Assembly: GCA_002293725.1 (NCBI GenBank)
Contig: DBDU01000021.1
Coordinates: forward strand, 3,369 to 67,368
Reading direction: 5' to 3'
From: Patescibacteria group bacterium UBA924
GTDB taxonomy: Bacteria > Patescibacteriota > Microgenomatia > UBA1400 > PJMF01
Length of the DNA stretch: 64,000 nt
Position 1 is the first letter of the stretch. The number at the start of each line of letters is the position of its first letter. This document shows, in pieces, positions 19,701-27,333 of the stretch. The notes under the pieces were generated by a model. The model had not been told where the DNA came from, did no database searches, and worked only from the letters and a program-made list of their open reading frames with translations. The position numbers were made by a program, and so were the translations under genes.

Positions 19701-20232
19701 CAAACGTGCTAATAAAGAGATCTCTGAAATTGAGTTGAGTGTGCATCAAGATCAAACCTTCACTTTCGGAGGAGTGATCTCTAAGTTCCGCGAAACAGTC
19801 ACTAAAAAGACCGGCGCCAAGATGGCCTTTGGAACCATCGATGATCGAACAGGGAGTATCGATTTTGTCATTTTTCCGAAAATCTATGAAGAGCTAGCCG
19901 GAAAGCTGACGGCCGACATGGTCGTCTTACTTCGGGCTAAGGTAGACAATCGTGATGACTCTGCACAGTTGATGGTAGAGAAAGTTACCATTCCCGAAGA
20001 AAACTTGGTCAATCTAGCTGGTTCTGAGAAACATCACGAAGTCTTTATTCCTCGCAAAACCGATCAATCTGTCCTTCAAGAAGTTGGCAAGATGCTCAAA
20101 AGCAAGCCGGGCAACGATCGGGTGGTGGTTGTGATTCCCAATGGTGGCGAACCCAAACGAATGCTTTTGCCTTACGGCGTAGCATGGAGTGATGAACTGC
20201 AAAAAGCATTGAATGATCTGTTAGAAAAGTAG
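16771..20232 (+). CDS. dnaE: DNA polymerase III alpha subunit
   Basis: FVHLHVHTEYS, GRGSAAGS, PDIDMDF, KFDFLGL, YGFNKAH. Start moved to ATG 16771. Confidence 0.97.
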   Translation: MSSKFVHLHVHTEYSMLDGLSKVAPLIKRAKELEFPALAITDHGGMYGAVTFYNACKKNELKAIIGVEAYMAKNSRFDKQTKMGSDQFHLLLLAQNMQGYQNLMKLVSFANLEGFSYKPRMDEEILFKYNEGIICTSGCMSSIFNRLLLDGKEEEAIEKFKLYKEKFPGRFYVELQAHPKVKELKALTKKLVEIARQLDLPLVATNDVHYINPDDATAQDALLCVQTRKLISDTKRMTMMDSPDFYLRTAQEMEELFHEYPEALENTVKIADQCDLEIPTGKLHFPIFPVPEGETDATYFTKLAYEGLHKKWAKPTKEMLDRLQYEIDIIVQKGYPTYFLITQDFVNWAKDNGIGVGPGRGSAAGSLVAFVLGITTMNPLEHGLPFERFLNPQRPTPPDIDMDFADDRRDEVLQYVAQKYGEDHVAQVITFGRMEARVAVRDIGRVLGLPYEDPDKVAKLIPNIPGHKTSLTDAIQEVAELGEYYKQPKYKELIDLAKKVEGVIRHTSVHAAAVVIADKPLYDYTPFQKDQASGKIVTQYDMYSLDCNVSDDAIGLLKFDFLGLRNLSIIQTAVNLIKKYKKKEIDISNLPLDDKKTFELLSSGETTGIFQLESGGMRRVAKTLQPNQFSDITAMVALYRPGPMDLIPTFIEGKHNPDKVVYPHESLKGVLQETYGVMVYQEQILQIANVMAGYTLSEADILRRAIGKKKKYLLDENKKRFTEQSLAKGYTKEVAEKVWGFIEAFANYGFNKAHAASYAMIAYETAYLKAHFPAEYMTALMSVESGSHSANRDEKVAVGIDASKKMGLHILPPDINKSNIDFNLEPDENSKGGLAIRFGFNAIKNVGAAAIENIVATRDKIGQFQSFSHFLMTTDNRKVNKKVLESLIKVGAFDQFASRASMLSQLEEIRAKVNQFSSDIDGQDGLFSGLGDSSQNIQDTFPKLPEYPQAELLSFEKELLGVYLTDHPLAQALEYVIKRANKEISEIELSVHQDQTFTFGGVISKFRETVTKKTGAKMAFGTIDDRTGSIDFVIFPKIYEELAGKLTADMVVLLRAKVDNRDDSAQLMVEKVTIPEENLVNLAGSEKHHEVFIPRKTDQSVLQEVGKMLKSKPGNDRVVVVIPNGGEPKRMLLPYGVAWSDELQKALNDLLEK

Positions 20233-20308
20233 AAAGAACCCTCATTTTGCCCTGATATTTCAGAAATATGTTTTGACTTTTGTGGTCTTCTCCGTAGAAT
20301 GAAGTTCC

Positions 20309-22006
20309 ATGATGCAAGCAGCACATGGAAACCATACCCCCTCACCAAAGTATATTTTTGTTTCAGGCGGAGTTCTCTCCGGACTGGGAAAAGGCGTTAC
20401 CGCTGCCTCACTCGGTCTTTTGCTTAGATCCCGTGGCTACAGCGTCACCAACATTAAGTGTGAGAACTATCTCAACCTCGACTCCGGAAATATCAATCCG
20501 ATTGAGCACGGCGACGTTTTTTTGTGTGAAGACGGTCTGGAAGCTGACCTGGACCTCGGAACCTACGAGCGTTTCCTAGGCGTAAATGTTGGTGCCAAAA
20601 ACTTCACTACCATGGGCCAGATCTACCTAAAGGTGATTGAAGACACCAAGAATCTTTCTTTTAATGGTGCGACGGTTGATGCTATCCCGTACGTGCCCGA
20701 AGAAGCTATTCGTCGGATTAAAGACTCCGCAAAAGGCTTTGACATTATTTTGGTAGAGCTGGGCGGTACGGTGGGAGAGTACCAAAACGCGATCTATTAC
20801 GAAGCCTATCGTATTATGAAGTTACGCCAGCCTCATGACGTCATTCACATTCACGTCACGTACTTTCCAACCCCTGAACACATCCACGAGCTCAAGTCCA
20901 AACCCACTCAGCTATCGGTGAAGCTCTTGAACTCAATGGGTATTCAGCCAGACTTCGTTGTTGGCCGCGCCGCGACACCAATTGACGAAAAGCGCAAAGA
21001 AAAAGTGGCGTTTTACTGTAACTTAGATAAAGCCGACGTTATTTCTAACCCGGATCTGCCATCTATTTACCAGCTTCCTTTAACCTTTCACGAACAAGAG
21101 TTTGATGTCAGGGTCTTAGGAAAGCTGAACTTACCTGTCCAAAGGATTGACATCGCTCCGTGGAAAAAACTAGTTGCTCAGATTGATGATGCCTTCAGCC
21201 AAACTGTCCGAATCGGTATTATCGCCAAGTACATTGCCACGGGTGAGTTTGAGCTCCAAGATTCTTATGCCTCGTTGCTAGAAGCGATCAATCATGCTTC
21301 TTGGCATACTCGCAAAAAAGCAGAGATCGTCTTCATTAACGCCGAAGCCTTGGAGAAAAACGAACCTGACGCTCTCAAGAAGCTTTACGATGCTGATGCC
21401 ATTATTGTCCCGATTGGGTGGGGTTCACGCGGAGTAGAGGGCAAGATTAAAGCTATTGAACATGCACGCACTCAGAAAGTTCCATACCTCGGCTTATGTT
21501 ACGGCATGCAGCTAGCTGCTATTGAGTTCGCTCGTAACGTCCTCGGGCTGAGTGATGCACATACCGAGGAAGTTGCGCCCCAAACTGCCAACCCCTTAAT
21601 TCACTCGATTCCTTTTGATCCCAAGTATCAACGTATTAAAGGTGAGGGTGCCAGTATGCGGCTCGGTGGGTACGACTGTGTCTTGAAAAAAGGCTCGCTT
21701 GCTCATGACATCTATAAAAAGCATCACGCCTTCAAAAATGAAGCTCACTCGACCATTTCTGAACGGCATCGCCATCGCTTCGAGTTTAATAATAAGTACC
21801 GGCAGCAGATGGAAGAAAAAGGGTTTGTCATTAGTGGAACCTCTCCAGATGACTTCTTTGTTGAGATGATTGAGTTATCCCGAGAAGAACACCCATTTTT
21901 CATCGCTACTCAAGCACATCCGGAGTATAAGTCTCGACCCTTGGCCCCACATCCTATCTTTGTCGAGTTTATCCATGCGGCAGCGAAAAACGCTCAAAAG
22001 GAGTAG
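20309..22006 (+). CDS. pyrG: CTP synthase
   Basis: GGVLSGLGKG, KSKPTQ, GLCYGMQ, RHRHRFE, QAHPE. Confidence 0.97.
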   Translation: MMQAAHGNHTPSPKYIFVSGGVLSGLGKGVTAASLGLLLRSRGYSVTNIKCENYLNLDSGNINPIEHGDVFLCEDGLEADLDLGTYERFLGVNVGAKNFTTMGQIYLKVIEDTKNLSFNGATVDAIPYVPEEAIRRIKDSAKGFDIILVELGGTVGEYQNAIYYEAYRIMKLRQPHDVIHIHVTYFPTPEHIHELKSKPTQLSVKLLNSMGIQPDFVVGRAATPIDEKRKEKVAFYCNLDKADVISNPDLPSIYQLPLTFHEQEFDVRVLGKLNLPVQRIDIAPWKKLVAQIDDAFSQTVRIGIIAKYIATGEFELQDSYASLLEAINHASWHTRKKAEIVFINAEALEKNEPDALKKLYDADAIIVPIGWGSRGVEGKIKAIEHARTQKVPYLGLCYGMQLAAIEFARNVLGLSDAHTEEVAPQTANPLIHSIPFDPKYQRIKGEGASMRLGGYDCVLKKGSLAHDIYKKHHAFKNEAHSTISERHRHRFEFNNKYRQQMEEKGFVISGTSPDDFFVEMIELSREEHPFFIATQAHPEYKSRPLAPHPIFVEFIHAAAKNAQKE

Positions 22007-22031
22007 GGAAGCGCTTCGTTAGCTACCGCGG

Positions 22032-22060
22032 TTGCAAACTCAAGATATGCCGAGTATAAT
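22032..22060 (+). promoter_or_regulatory. Sigma70 promoter of rplS
   Basis: TTGCAA-17 nt-TATAAT. Confidence 0.7.
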
Positions 22061-22099
22061 CACATCCTTGCATTACTAGACTGTACATCAAGAGAAGAT

Positions 22100-22450
22100 A
22101 TGGCACTATACCTTACCTACAATGACCAGAATATTGCGGTCGGTGACACCATTCGCGTTCACCAAAAGATCGTCGAAGAAAAACGCACTCGTACCCAGAT
22201 TTTCGAGGGTGTAGTTATCGCTATCCGTGGCAAAGAGAGCGGCAAAACATTTGTCGTTCGCAAGATCAGTGTTGGCGGAATCGGCGTCGAGAAGATCTTT
22301 CCCGTAATGTTACCTTCAATCGAAAAGATCGAAGTCAAACGCAAGGGAGATGTTCGCCGCGGCAAGCTAAACTTCTTGCGTGACCGTATCGGTAAAGCAG
22401 CCTCTAAAGTTAAAGAAAAAAGCCTCGACGAGCGCACAGTCCAAGCGTAA
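22100..22450 (+). CDS. rplS: 50S ribosomal protein L19
   Basis: GDTIRV...[10 protein letters not shown]...GIGVEKIFP...VRRGKL. Confidence 0.96.
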   Translation: MALYLTYNDQNIAVGDTIRVHQKIVEEKRTRTQIFEGVVIAIRGKESGKTFVVRKISVGGIGVEKIFPVMLPSIEKIEVKRKGDVRRGKLNFLRDRIGKAASKVKEKSLDERTVQA

Positions 22451-22796
22451 ACTTGGTCAGTACGGAGAGCATCGAGCTGCCCAGTTCCTCCTTTCACTTG
22501 GTTTTTATATTCTCGATAGAAATGTTGCTATTGGTGGCGGAGAGCTTGACCTAGTTGCTTGGGATCAGCCACACCAGGAACTAGTTTTTATTGAAGTAAA
22601 GACGCGTCGACAGAGTTACTCTGGAGATCCAAGCTTTGCAGTGAATCGACGAAAACTGCGGGCAGTCATCCGAGCAGCCAAAGCCTATGCCTCACTTCAC
22701 TTCTCAAATCAAGTCCCTTGTCGAATCGATCTCATTACTCTTGTGTTAGGTCGAGTCCAACACTACCCAAATATAAGCTGGGGAGTGCTAAAGTGA
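22380..22796 (+). CDS. yraN: YraN/UPF0102 family nuclease-fold protein (start uncertain)
   Basis: LGQYGE..A..L...G..ILDRN...GELDLVA...LVFIEVKTR...RID. Confidence 0.85.
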   Translation: MTVSVKQPLKLKKKASTSAQSKRKLGQYGEHRAAQFLLSLGFYILDRNVAIGGGELDLVAWDQPHQELVFIEVKTRRQSYSGDPSFAVNRRKLRAVIRAAKAYASLHFSNQVPCRIDLITLVLGRVQHYPNISWGVLK

Positions 22797-22853
22797 CGCA
22801 AGCTGCACTCGATGCCAAGCATGACAAATGATACAATAACACTCTTGTGATCT

Positions 22854-22927
22854 GGCCCCATCGTCTAGTGGTCTAGGATATCTGGTTTTCATCCAGAAGA
22901 TCGCGGGTTCGAACCCCGCTGGGGTCA
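22854..22927 (+). tRNA. tRNA-Glu(TTC)
   Basis: GGCCCCA...TCTGG-TTTTCAT-CCAGA...GGTTCGAACCC...TGGGGTC-A. Confidence 0.95.
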
Positions 22928-22937
22928 CAGGTATTTT

Positions 22938-23459
22938 ATGCCTCAGCTCTCACTCCCAGACATCAAGTACAAAGAGAGCTTTTTAAGTGCTCTGCGGGAG
23001 TACCATGCTGAGGATCTTCCCAACTACCGTGAACTCCAAGAGGAAGAACTCACCCAACACTTCGATCGTTTCGTCGAGAAACTTCGTCAAGAAGCTAAAG
23101 GCGAACAGTTGCCTGAAGGTTTTGTCACCCATACAGTATTCTGGTTAGTGGACGGCGACCACTACTTAGGTCGAGTTGACATCCGTCATACTCTGAATGA
23201 GTTTCTTCACAGCGAAGGTGGTCATATTGGCTACGATGTTCGTCCCTCTGAGCGTCGAAAAGGCTATGGCCAGTTAGCATTACAGCTTGGTCTGCAGAAA
23301 GCCAAAGAGTTAAGCTTAGACAACGTCCTTATTACCTGCGATGTAGACAACGTAGGCTCAAATAAAATCATCCGGGCCAATGGTGGAGTTTTAGAAAATA
23401 CTGTTGACCTGGGTGAAGGAAAGACCGCCAAAAATCGCTACTGGATCTCAGTTAATTAG
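22938..23459 (+). CDS. GNAT acetyltransferase
   Basis: GGHIGYDVRPSERRKGYG, LITCDVDNVGS..II..NGG. Confidence 0.9.
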   Translation: MPQLSLPDIKYKESFLSALREYHAEDLPNYRELQEEELTQHFDRFVEKLRQEAKGEQLPEGFVTHTVFWLVDGDHYLGRVDIRHTLNEFLHSEGGHIGYDVRPSERRKGYGQLALQLGLQKAKELSLDNVLITCDVDNVGSNKIIRANGGVLENTVDLGEGKTAKNRYWISVN

Positions 23460-23943
23460 CCTTTGTTTGCTTGAGTTTAAAAAACTGCTTCATCCTGTCA
23501 GTTCGTTGATCAGGTGGCAAAGAGCTTTCTAGCTGATGTCGTTGACTGTCCATGTTGACCCCTAACATTTCTAGCACTGCAATGGCTTGGGCAATATCTA
23601 CTGGCTGTGTTCTTTCTTGCTGCTTAAACTTATCGGAAGAGTAGTACGCCACAAACCGATTGATAATATCAAAGCGCTGTTGGTCTAACTCAGCCAGATG
23701 GATGGGAGAAGAGAGATACTCGTTAAGTGCCAAACAGAGTTGGTTAAAAGTGTTTTGGCGAACAAAAGCACGAACCTCACTATGAGTTACCCCATTCATC
23801 ATCTCGGTGTGAAGCGTAGCATCGTAACCGGCAAACTCACCGAGTAGCTTCATAGGATCTTGGCGTTTTTCTCGGTGTGCCCGAAAAAACTCATCCAAAT
23901 CATCAGCTTGTCTTGCTCTTTCTTCGTCACTCATTGTATCCAC
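23452..23943 (-). CDS. Hypothetical helical protein
   Basis: 163-aa ORF with AGGA upstream of the start; candidate promoter TTGCTG-17-TAAGCT at about 23964-23992. Confidence 0.65.
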   Translation of the reverse strand: MDTMSDEERARQADDLDEFFRAHREKRQDPMKLLGEFAGYDATLHTEMMNGVTHSEVRAFVRQNTFNQLCLALNEYLSSPIHLAELDQQRFDIINRFVAYYSSDKFKQQERTQPVDIAQAIAVLEMLGVNMDSQRHQLESSLPPDQRTDRMKQFFKLKQTKAN

Positions 23944-24088
23944 TCCTATTCTTTACTTTGTACAGCTTATCGTTTTTCGACCCTATCAGCAAGTTTTTTC
24001 TTTATATCCGTATATAATACGTCTCGCTGTCAGCTTGTCACCCGCGACAAACTGACCACATCGTTCATCTTTCTGGAGGTTACTGAAA

Positions 24089-24247
24089 ATGGACCCGAGA
24101 GGAAAGAAGAAAAAGAAAAGTGCGGCGGATTCGACAGGGAAGGGTGGGACAGTCACTGTTCGTCATGCGAACGGCGACGAAAAGACCATCAATCGTTGCG
24201 ATCTCGCTGCGTGGAAGCGAAAAAAATATTATCTCGTCGAAGCATAA
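24089..24247 (+). CDS. Small basic 52-aa protein (absent from ORF track)
   Basis: GGAGG SD then ATG: MDPRGKKKKKSAADSTGKGGTVTVRHANGDEKTINRCDLAAWKRKKYYLVEA*. TATAAT at 24013-24018 and a terminator downstream. Confidence 0.75.
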   Translation: MDPRGKKKKKSAADSTGKGGTVTVRHANGDEKTINRCDLAAWKRKKYYLVEA

Positions 24248-24266
24248 TGTTTTTTTCACCATGTTC

Positions 24267-24300
24267 GCCGACCTGTCCCTACAGGTCGGCTTCTCTTTCT
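24267..24300 (+). terminator. Intrinsic terminator
   Basis: GCCGACCTGT-CCCT-ACAGGTCGGC followed by TTCTCTTTCT. Confidence 0.8.
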
Positions 24301-24334
24301 CCTGATCCCGCTTCCCGTGTTAGACTGATGGTGA

Positions 24335-25078
24335 ATGCAAAAAGTGATCCTTTTACTCTTGGTAACTGTTCTAGTTTCGGGAGTTTTTGTTTTCTTGTGG
24401 ATCCGCACCTTCCGTATGCCACAACCAGCACCTGTAGAAACTCCCACCACTTTTACCGTCAGGTACGTAGCTTTGGGTGATTCATATACAGCTGCAGAGG
24501 GAATTGATCCCGCTCAAGGCTGGCCGCAACAACTGAGCGAGGCACTCAATGAGCATGGTATTCCTACCGAGTTAGTCGCCACAGTCGCTCAATCAGGCTG
24601 GACAACTACGGATCTAATCCGCAATGGCAAGTCCTCACTCGCCACTATCGTCAATAGTGAAGCAAACTTCGTCACCCTGATGATCGGTGCAAACGACGGC
24701 GTTCAAGGTGCTAGTCCAGCTCGTTTTCATGATAATTTAGAGATCTTACTCGATCAACTCCTTAGCGTAGTCGGAAAAGAGCAAGTCATTTTAGTCACTA
24801 TTCCTGACTTTTTTGCAACGCCTGTAGGGGCTAGTTATGCTAGTAGTCCACAGGCCCAACAACGCCTAGCGGACTTTAATAAAATCATTAAAACCGTCGG
24901 GGAAAATCGAGGAGTGTTGGTCGTCGATGTCTATGAGCTTTCTCAAGAAATGCGAAAAGACGCTACTTTAGTAGCTGATGATGGCTTGCATCCCAGCGCT
25001 ACCGAGTATGGTAAGTGGGTAAAGCTCATGCTACCCGAAGTGAAAAAGCTGCTTCAACCTGATACTACAAACGAGTAG
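24335..25078 (+). CDS. SGNH/GDSL hydrolase with N-terminal anchor
   Basis: ALGDSYT, IGAND, DGLHPS motifs. Confidence 0.92.
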   Translation: MQKVILLLLVTVLVSGVFVFLWIRTFRMPQPAPVETPTTFTVRYVALGDSYTAAEGIDPAQGWPQQLSEALNEHGIPTELVATVAQSGWTTTDLIRNGKSSLATIVNSEANFVTLMIGANDGVQGASPARFHDNLEILLDQLLSVVGKEQVILVTIPDFFATPVGASYASSPQAQQRLADFNKIIKTVGENRGVLVVDVYELSQEMRKDATLVADDGLHPSATEYGKWVKLMLPEVKKLLQPDTTNE

Positions 25079-25102
25079 TCTCCAGAATACTCATCTCTAG
25101 TA

Positions 25103-25130
25103 TCAGTCCCTTACGGGAGTAAGGGACTGA
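25103..25130. terminator. Perfect 12-bp hairpin between convergent genes
   Basis: TCAGTCCCTTAC-GGGA-GTAAGGGACTGA; no clear U-tract. Confidence 0.5.
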
Positions 25131-25170
25131 CAGCTGTTGCGGGGAGAAAATCGGGGCTTTTGTGGCGAAA

Positions 25171-25893
25171 CTAGCGGCTGTACCAAAAAGTATTGGCGGC
25201 GCAGATGCGCCAGTCGGCAGCTTGAGACGGGGCGACGCGCCACTCGGTCTGCCAGTTGGCTGGCAGGGTAAACAGATATCCACTCCCAAACGGAACGTTC
25301 TCGGCTGCACCGAAGACGGGAGAGACCGGCATCTGCCAGTATCCACCACGTCCATCGGTGATTCTGGGCGTGCAGTCACCTGCTACCCAGAGAGCAACGA
25401 AAACGTTTTCCCCGTCACGGAAGAAGGCACTGTCTGCGCCAGAACGGCGAGATGGCGAGGGCATAAAAACCAAGCGTTCTGTCCGCGCCGCAACCTGTAT
25501 GTACTGTTCTGCTGTGAGTGCCAGTGGCGTGGTGATTACCGTTTCCAGCGCTGGCAGAACCAAGCTGGAGTAGCAACGGTTCTCTTCGGAACCAACCTGC
25601 GTGATATACCGTTCAACGGCGGCACAGTTACTGTAGCCGCTCGACGGGTTAATCAGCAGGTAGCTCTCCAGAGCCACCGCTCCAATGAAGTTGCTCACCA
25701 ACGGAGTGGGAGCGGAGACGATAGCGCTACGAGACGACGGAGCAGAGGAATTCAGGTTCACCTCGCTCGTCATCCTCAGGAGCGCCCCAACGAGGACGAC
25801 TACTAAAACAGTCACGAGCAGCACGATGATAACAGCGACTTGGCGCTGTTGGTGCTGTTGTGCCGTTTGCGGACGATGAGCTTGAGTGGCCAT
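25171..25893 (-). CDS. Orphan single-pass membrane protein
   Basis: 240 aa, Q-rich N-terminus, TM VAVIIVLLVTVLVVVLVGALL; AAGGA upstream. Confidence 0.75.
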   Translation of the reverse strand: MATQAHRPQTAQQHQQRQVAVIIVLLVTVLVVVLVGALLRMTSEVNLNSSAPSSRSAIVSAPTPLVSNFIGAVALESYLLINPSSGYSNCAAVERYITQVGSEENRCYSSLVLPALETVITTPLALTAEQYIQVAARTERLVFMPSPSRRSGADSAFFRDGENVFVALWVAGDCTPRITDGRGGYWQMPVSPVFGAAENVPFGSGYLFTLPANWQTEWRVAPSQAADWRICAANTFWYSR

Positions 25894-25980
25894 TAGATTT
25901 TTCCTTTCTACTCCTCAAACTCTTCTCTCCAGACAAAGTACTTTATCAGGAGGGTAGAGTTGGGGAGTAGGCAACGAGCT

Positions 25981-26036
25981 GTTAAGGTGCGGTGTCACTG
26001 CTATTTGGTCGCATTGACCATAAGCAAAAACACCAC
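25981..26036 (-). promoter_or_regulatory. Leader hairpin plus boxA-like GCACCTTAAC
   Basis: GTGGTGT..TGCTTATGGTC-AATGC-GACCAAATAGCA..ACACC followed by GCACCTTAACA. Confidence 0.55.
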
Positions 26037-26157
26037 TACTTTATCGAGTGATAAAGCATTTCAACCTTATATTTTAACATATTATAGGATATTTTTAAAT
26101 GTGTAGCAGATAAGCAACGGGCTACGGAAAGTTCGATTTAAGGTAAAATACAGTCAT

Positions 26158-26589
26158 ATGCAAGCTGGGGTTGATTATATTGGGGTGGGGGTTGGGGCCT
26201 TAATTCTGAACGATAAGGGTCAAGTTTTTATGGGTTTGCGCGGACCAAAAGCCCGCAACGAGCAAGGTAAATGGGAGATCCCAGGCGGAGCCGTAGAGTG
26301 GGGTGAAACATTTGAACAAGCACTAGTTCGCGAGGTCTTTGAAGAGTACGGCATTACAGTCCGAGTTATCCGCCTTCTCCAGATCTGCGACCATATTATT
26401 TACGCTGAAAACCAACACTGGGTCTCGCCCACATATATTTGTGAGATTATTGAAGGAGAGCCTTGCATCAACGAACCTGAGAAATGTAGTGATTTTGGCT
26501 GGTTTACCCCAGAAGAAGCACAAAAATTGCCACTTTCAGTGGTAACAACACACGATATCAAGACACTTTTGGCTGAGAAGAAAAAATAG
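26158..26589 (+). CDS. NUDIX hydrolase
   Basis: Canonical box GGAVEWGETFEQALVREVFEEYG; EPEKC motif. Confidence 0.93.
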   Translation: MQAGVDYIGVGVGALILNDKGQVFMGLRGPKARNEQGKWEIPGGAVEWGETFEQALVREVFEEYGITVRVIRLLQICDHIIYAENQHWVSPTYICEIIEGEPCINEPEKCSDFGWFTPEEAQKLPLSVVTTHDIKTLLAEKKK

Positions 26590-26641
26590 CTGTCTTTCGT
26601 CCTCTTGGACTCATCAGTACGGACAACATCCGTAGAGACAG
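26590..26641 (-). ncRNA. Type III hammerhead ribozyme
   Basis: Minus strand reads CUGUC-UC^UACGGA[UGUUG]UCCGUA-CUGAUGA-GUCC[AAGA]GGAC-GAAA-GACAG. All core nucleotides are present with three perfect stems. Confidence 0.92.
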
Positions 26642-26670
26642 GGGCCTTTCGGCCCCCGGGCGTTTCCGCC

Positions 26671-27213
26671 CTACCGCACGAAGCTCTCGACGACGAAAAC
26701 CTCGAACAGTGCCGTTTGAATTGAAGCTTTCATTTCGGAGACAAAAGGTGTCTCGGCCTTGGCAGCAACTTCTTTCGAGAGTGCCACCACCATTTCCCAG
26801 CTCAGCACCCGATCAGTGATTACCATCAAGTCGTGCCAGTGGATCATGTGGCGACGCATCGCCTCTTCTTGAAGCAGTCTGTAGTCTGCTTCAAAATGCT
26901 TTGCGTGCCTGAACCACTTCACGAACTGTGCAGCAGTCACGACGTCCACTTGTGGGTGGACCAAAGGGTAGTCGGCCAGCGTCTTGTTTCCAATGATTAC
27001 GCGTCGATCCCACATCCCATTGCTGTACACTTCTCTCCAATAGCGAAGTACGTGTTCAGCTTTCTTCTCGAACGCCATCTCGTTCAAGGCGTCGATCAGA
27101 ATGGGTTGGGGAATTTGCCGGATGAAGTGTCCAAACTTGAGCAGGTCTTGACGACCCGCAGCGGCGGCGATGACATCATCAGGGGTAGTTTGGTACCGCA
27201 GTTGGAAAAACAC
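26671..27213 (-). CDS. Orphan hypothetical protein (ORF open to 27258; likely GTG start at 27213)
   Basis: GAGGG 7 nt before GTG; own promoter; no family recognised. Confidence 0.7.
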   Translation of the reverse strand: MFFQLRYQTTPDDVIAAAAGRQDLLKFGHFIRQIPQPILIDALNEMAFEKKAEHVLRYWREVYSNGMWDRRVIIGNKTLADYPLVHPQVDVVTAAQFVKWFRHAKHFEADYRLLQEEAMRRHMIHWHDLMVITDRVLSWEMVVALSKEVAAKAETPFVSEMKASIQTALFEVFVVESFVR

Positions 27214-27234
27214 GGGAAAGCCCTCATTCAAATG

Positions 27235-27323
27235 GTTAAGGTGCATGCATCGCATCATCGGCGCAAAACGCCAAATAGCAACACAAACTTAATTATTATA
27301 GGCTATTTTTGTCTATTTTGCAA
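27235..27323 (-). promoter_or_regulatory. Promoter, leader hairpin and boxA-like GCACCTTAAC
   Basis: TTGCAA-17-TATAAT (27323-27295); TGTTGCTATTTGGCG-TTTTG-CGCCGATGATGCGATG; GCACCTTAAC (27244-27235). Confidence 0.6.
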
Positions 27324-27333
27324 GTAAATATAG

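Noticed and set aside
16654-20232. Intein in, or N-terminal extension of, DnaE
   Set aside because: Length and motif spacing are normal from ATG 16771; the upstream extension overlaps the divergent gene.
25162-25806. 214-aa plus-strand ORF, and similar 26833-27327, 60387-60806, 59881-60495 and 23860-24480
   Set aside because: They overlap genes with better RBS, promoter and protein features; treated as shadow ORFs.
27176-27182. Second CUGAUGA on the minus strand near the 5' end of the hammerhead-associated gene (would suggest paired ribozymes and circularisation)
   Set aside because: No stem II followed by GAAA and no stem I/III could be built; it lies in coding sequence.
22938-27330. Integron cassette array interpretation of the short accessory genes after tRNA-Glu
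   Set aside because: Genes alternate in strand and have their own promoters; no attC-like RYYYAAC/GTTRRRY pairs and no integrase seen.
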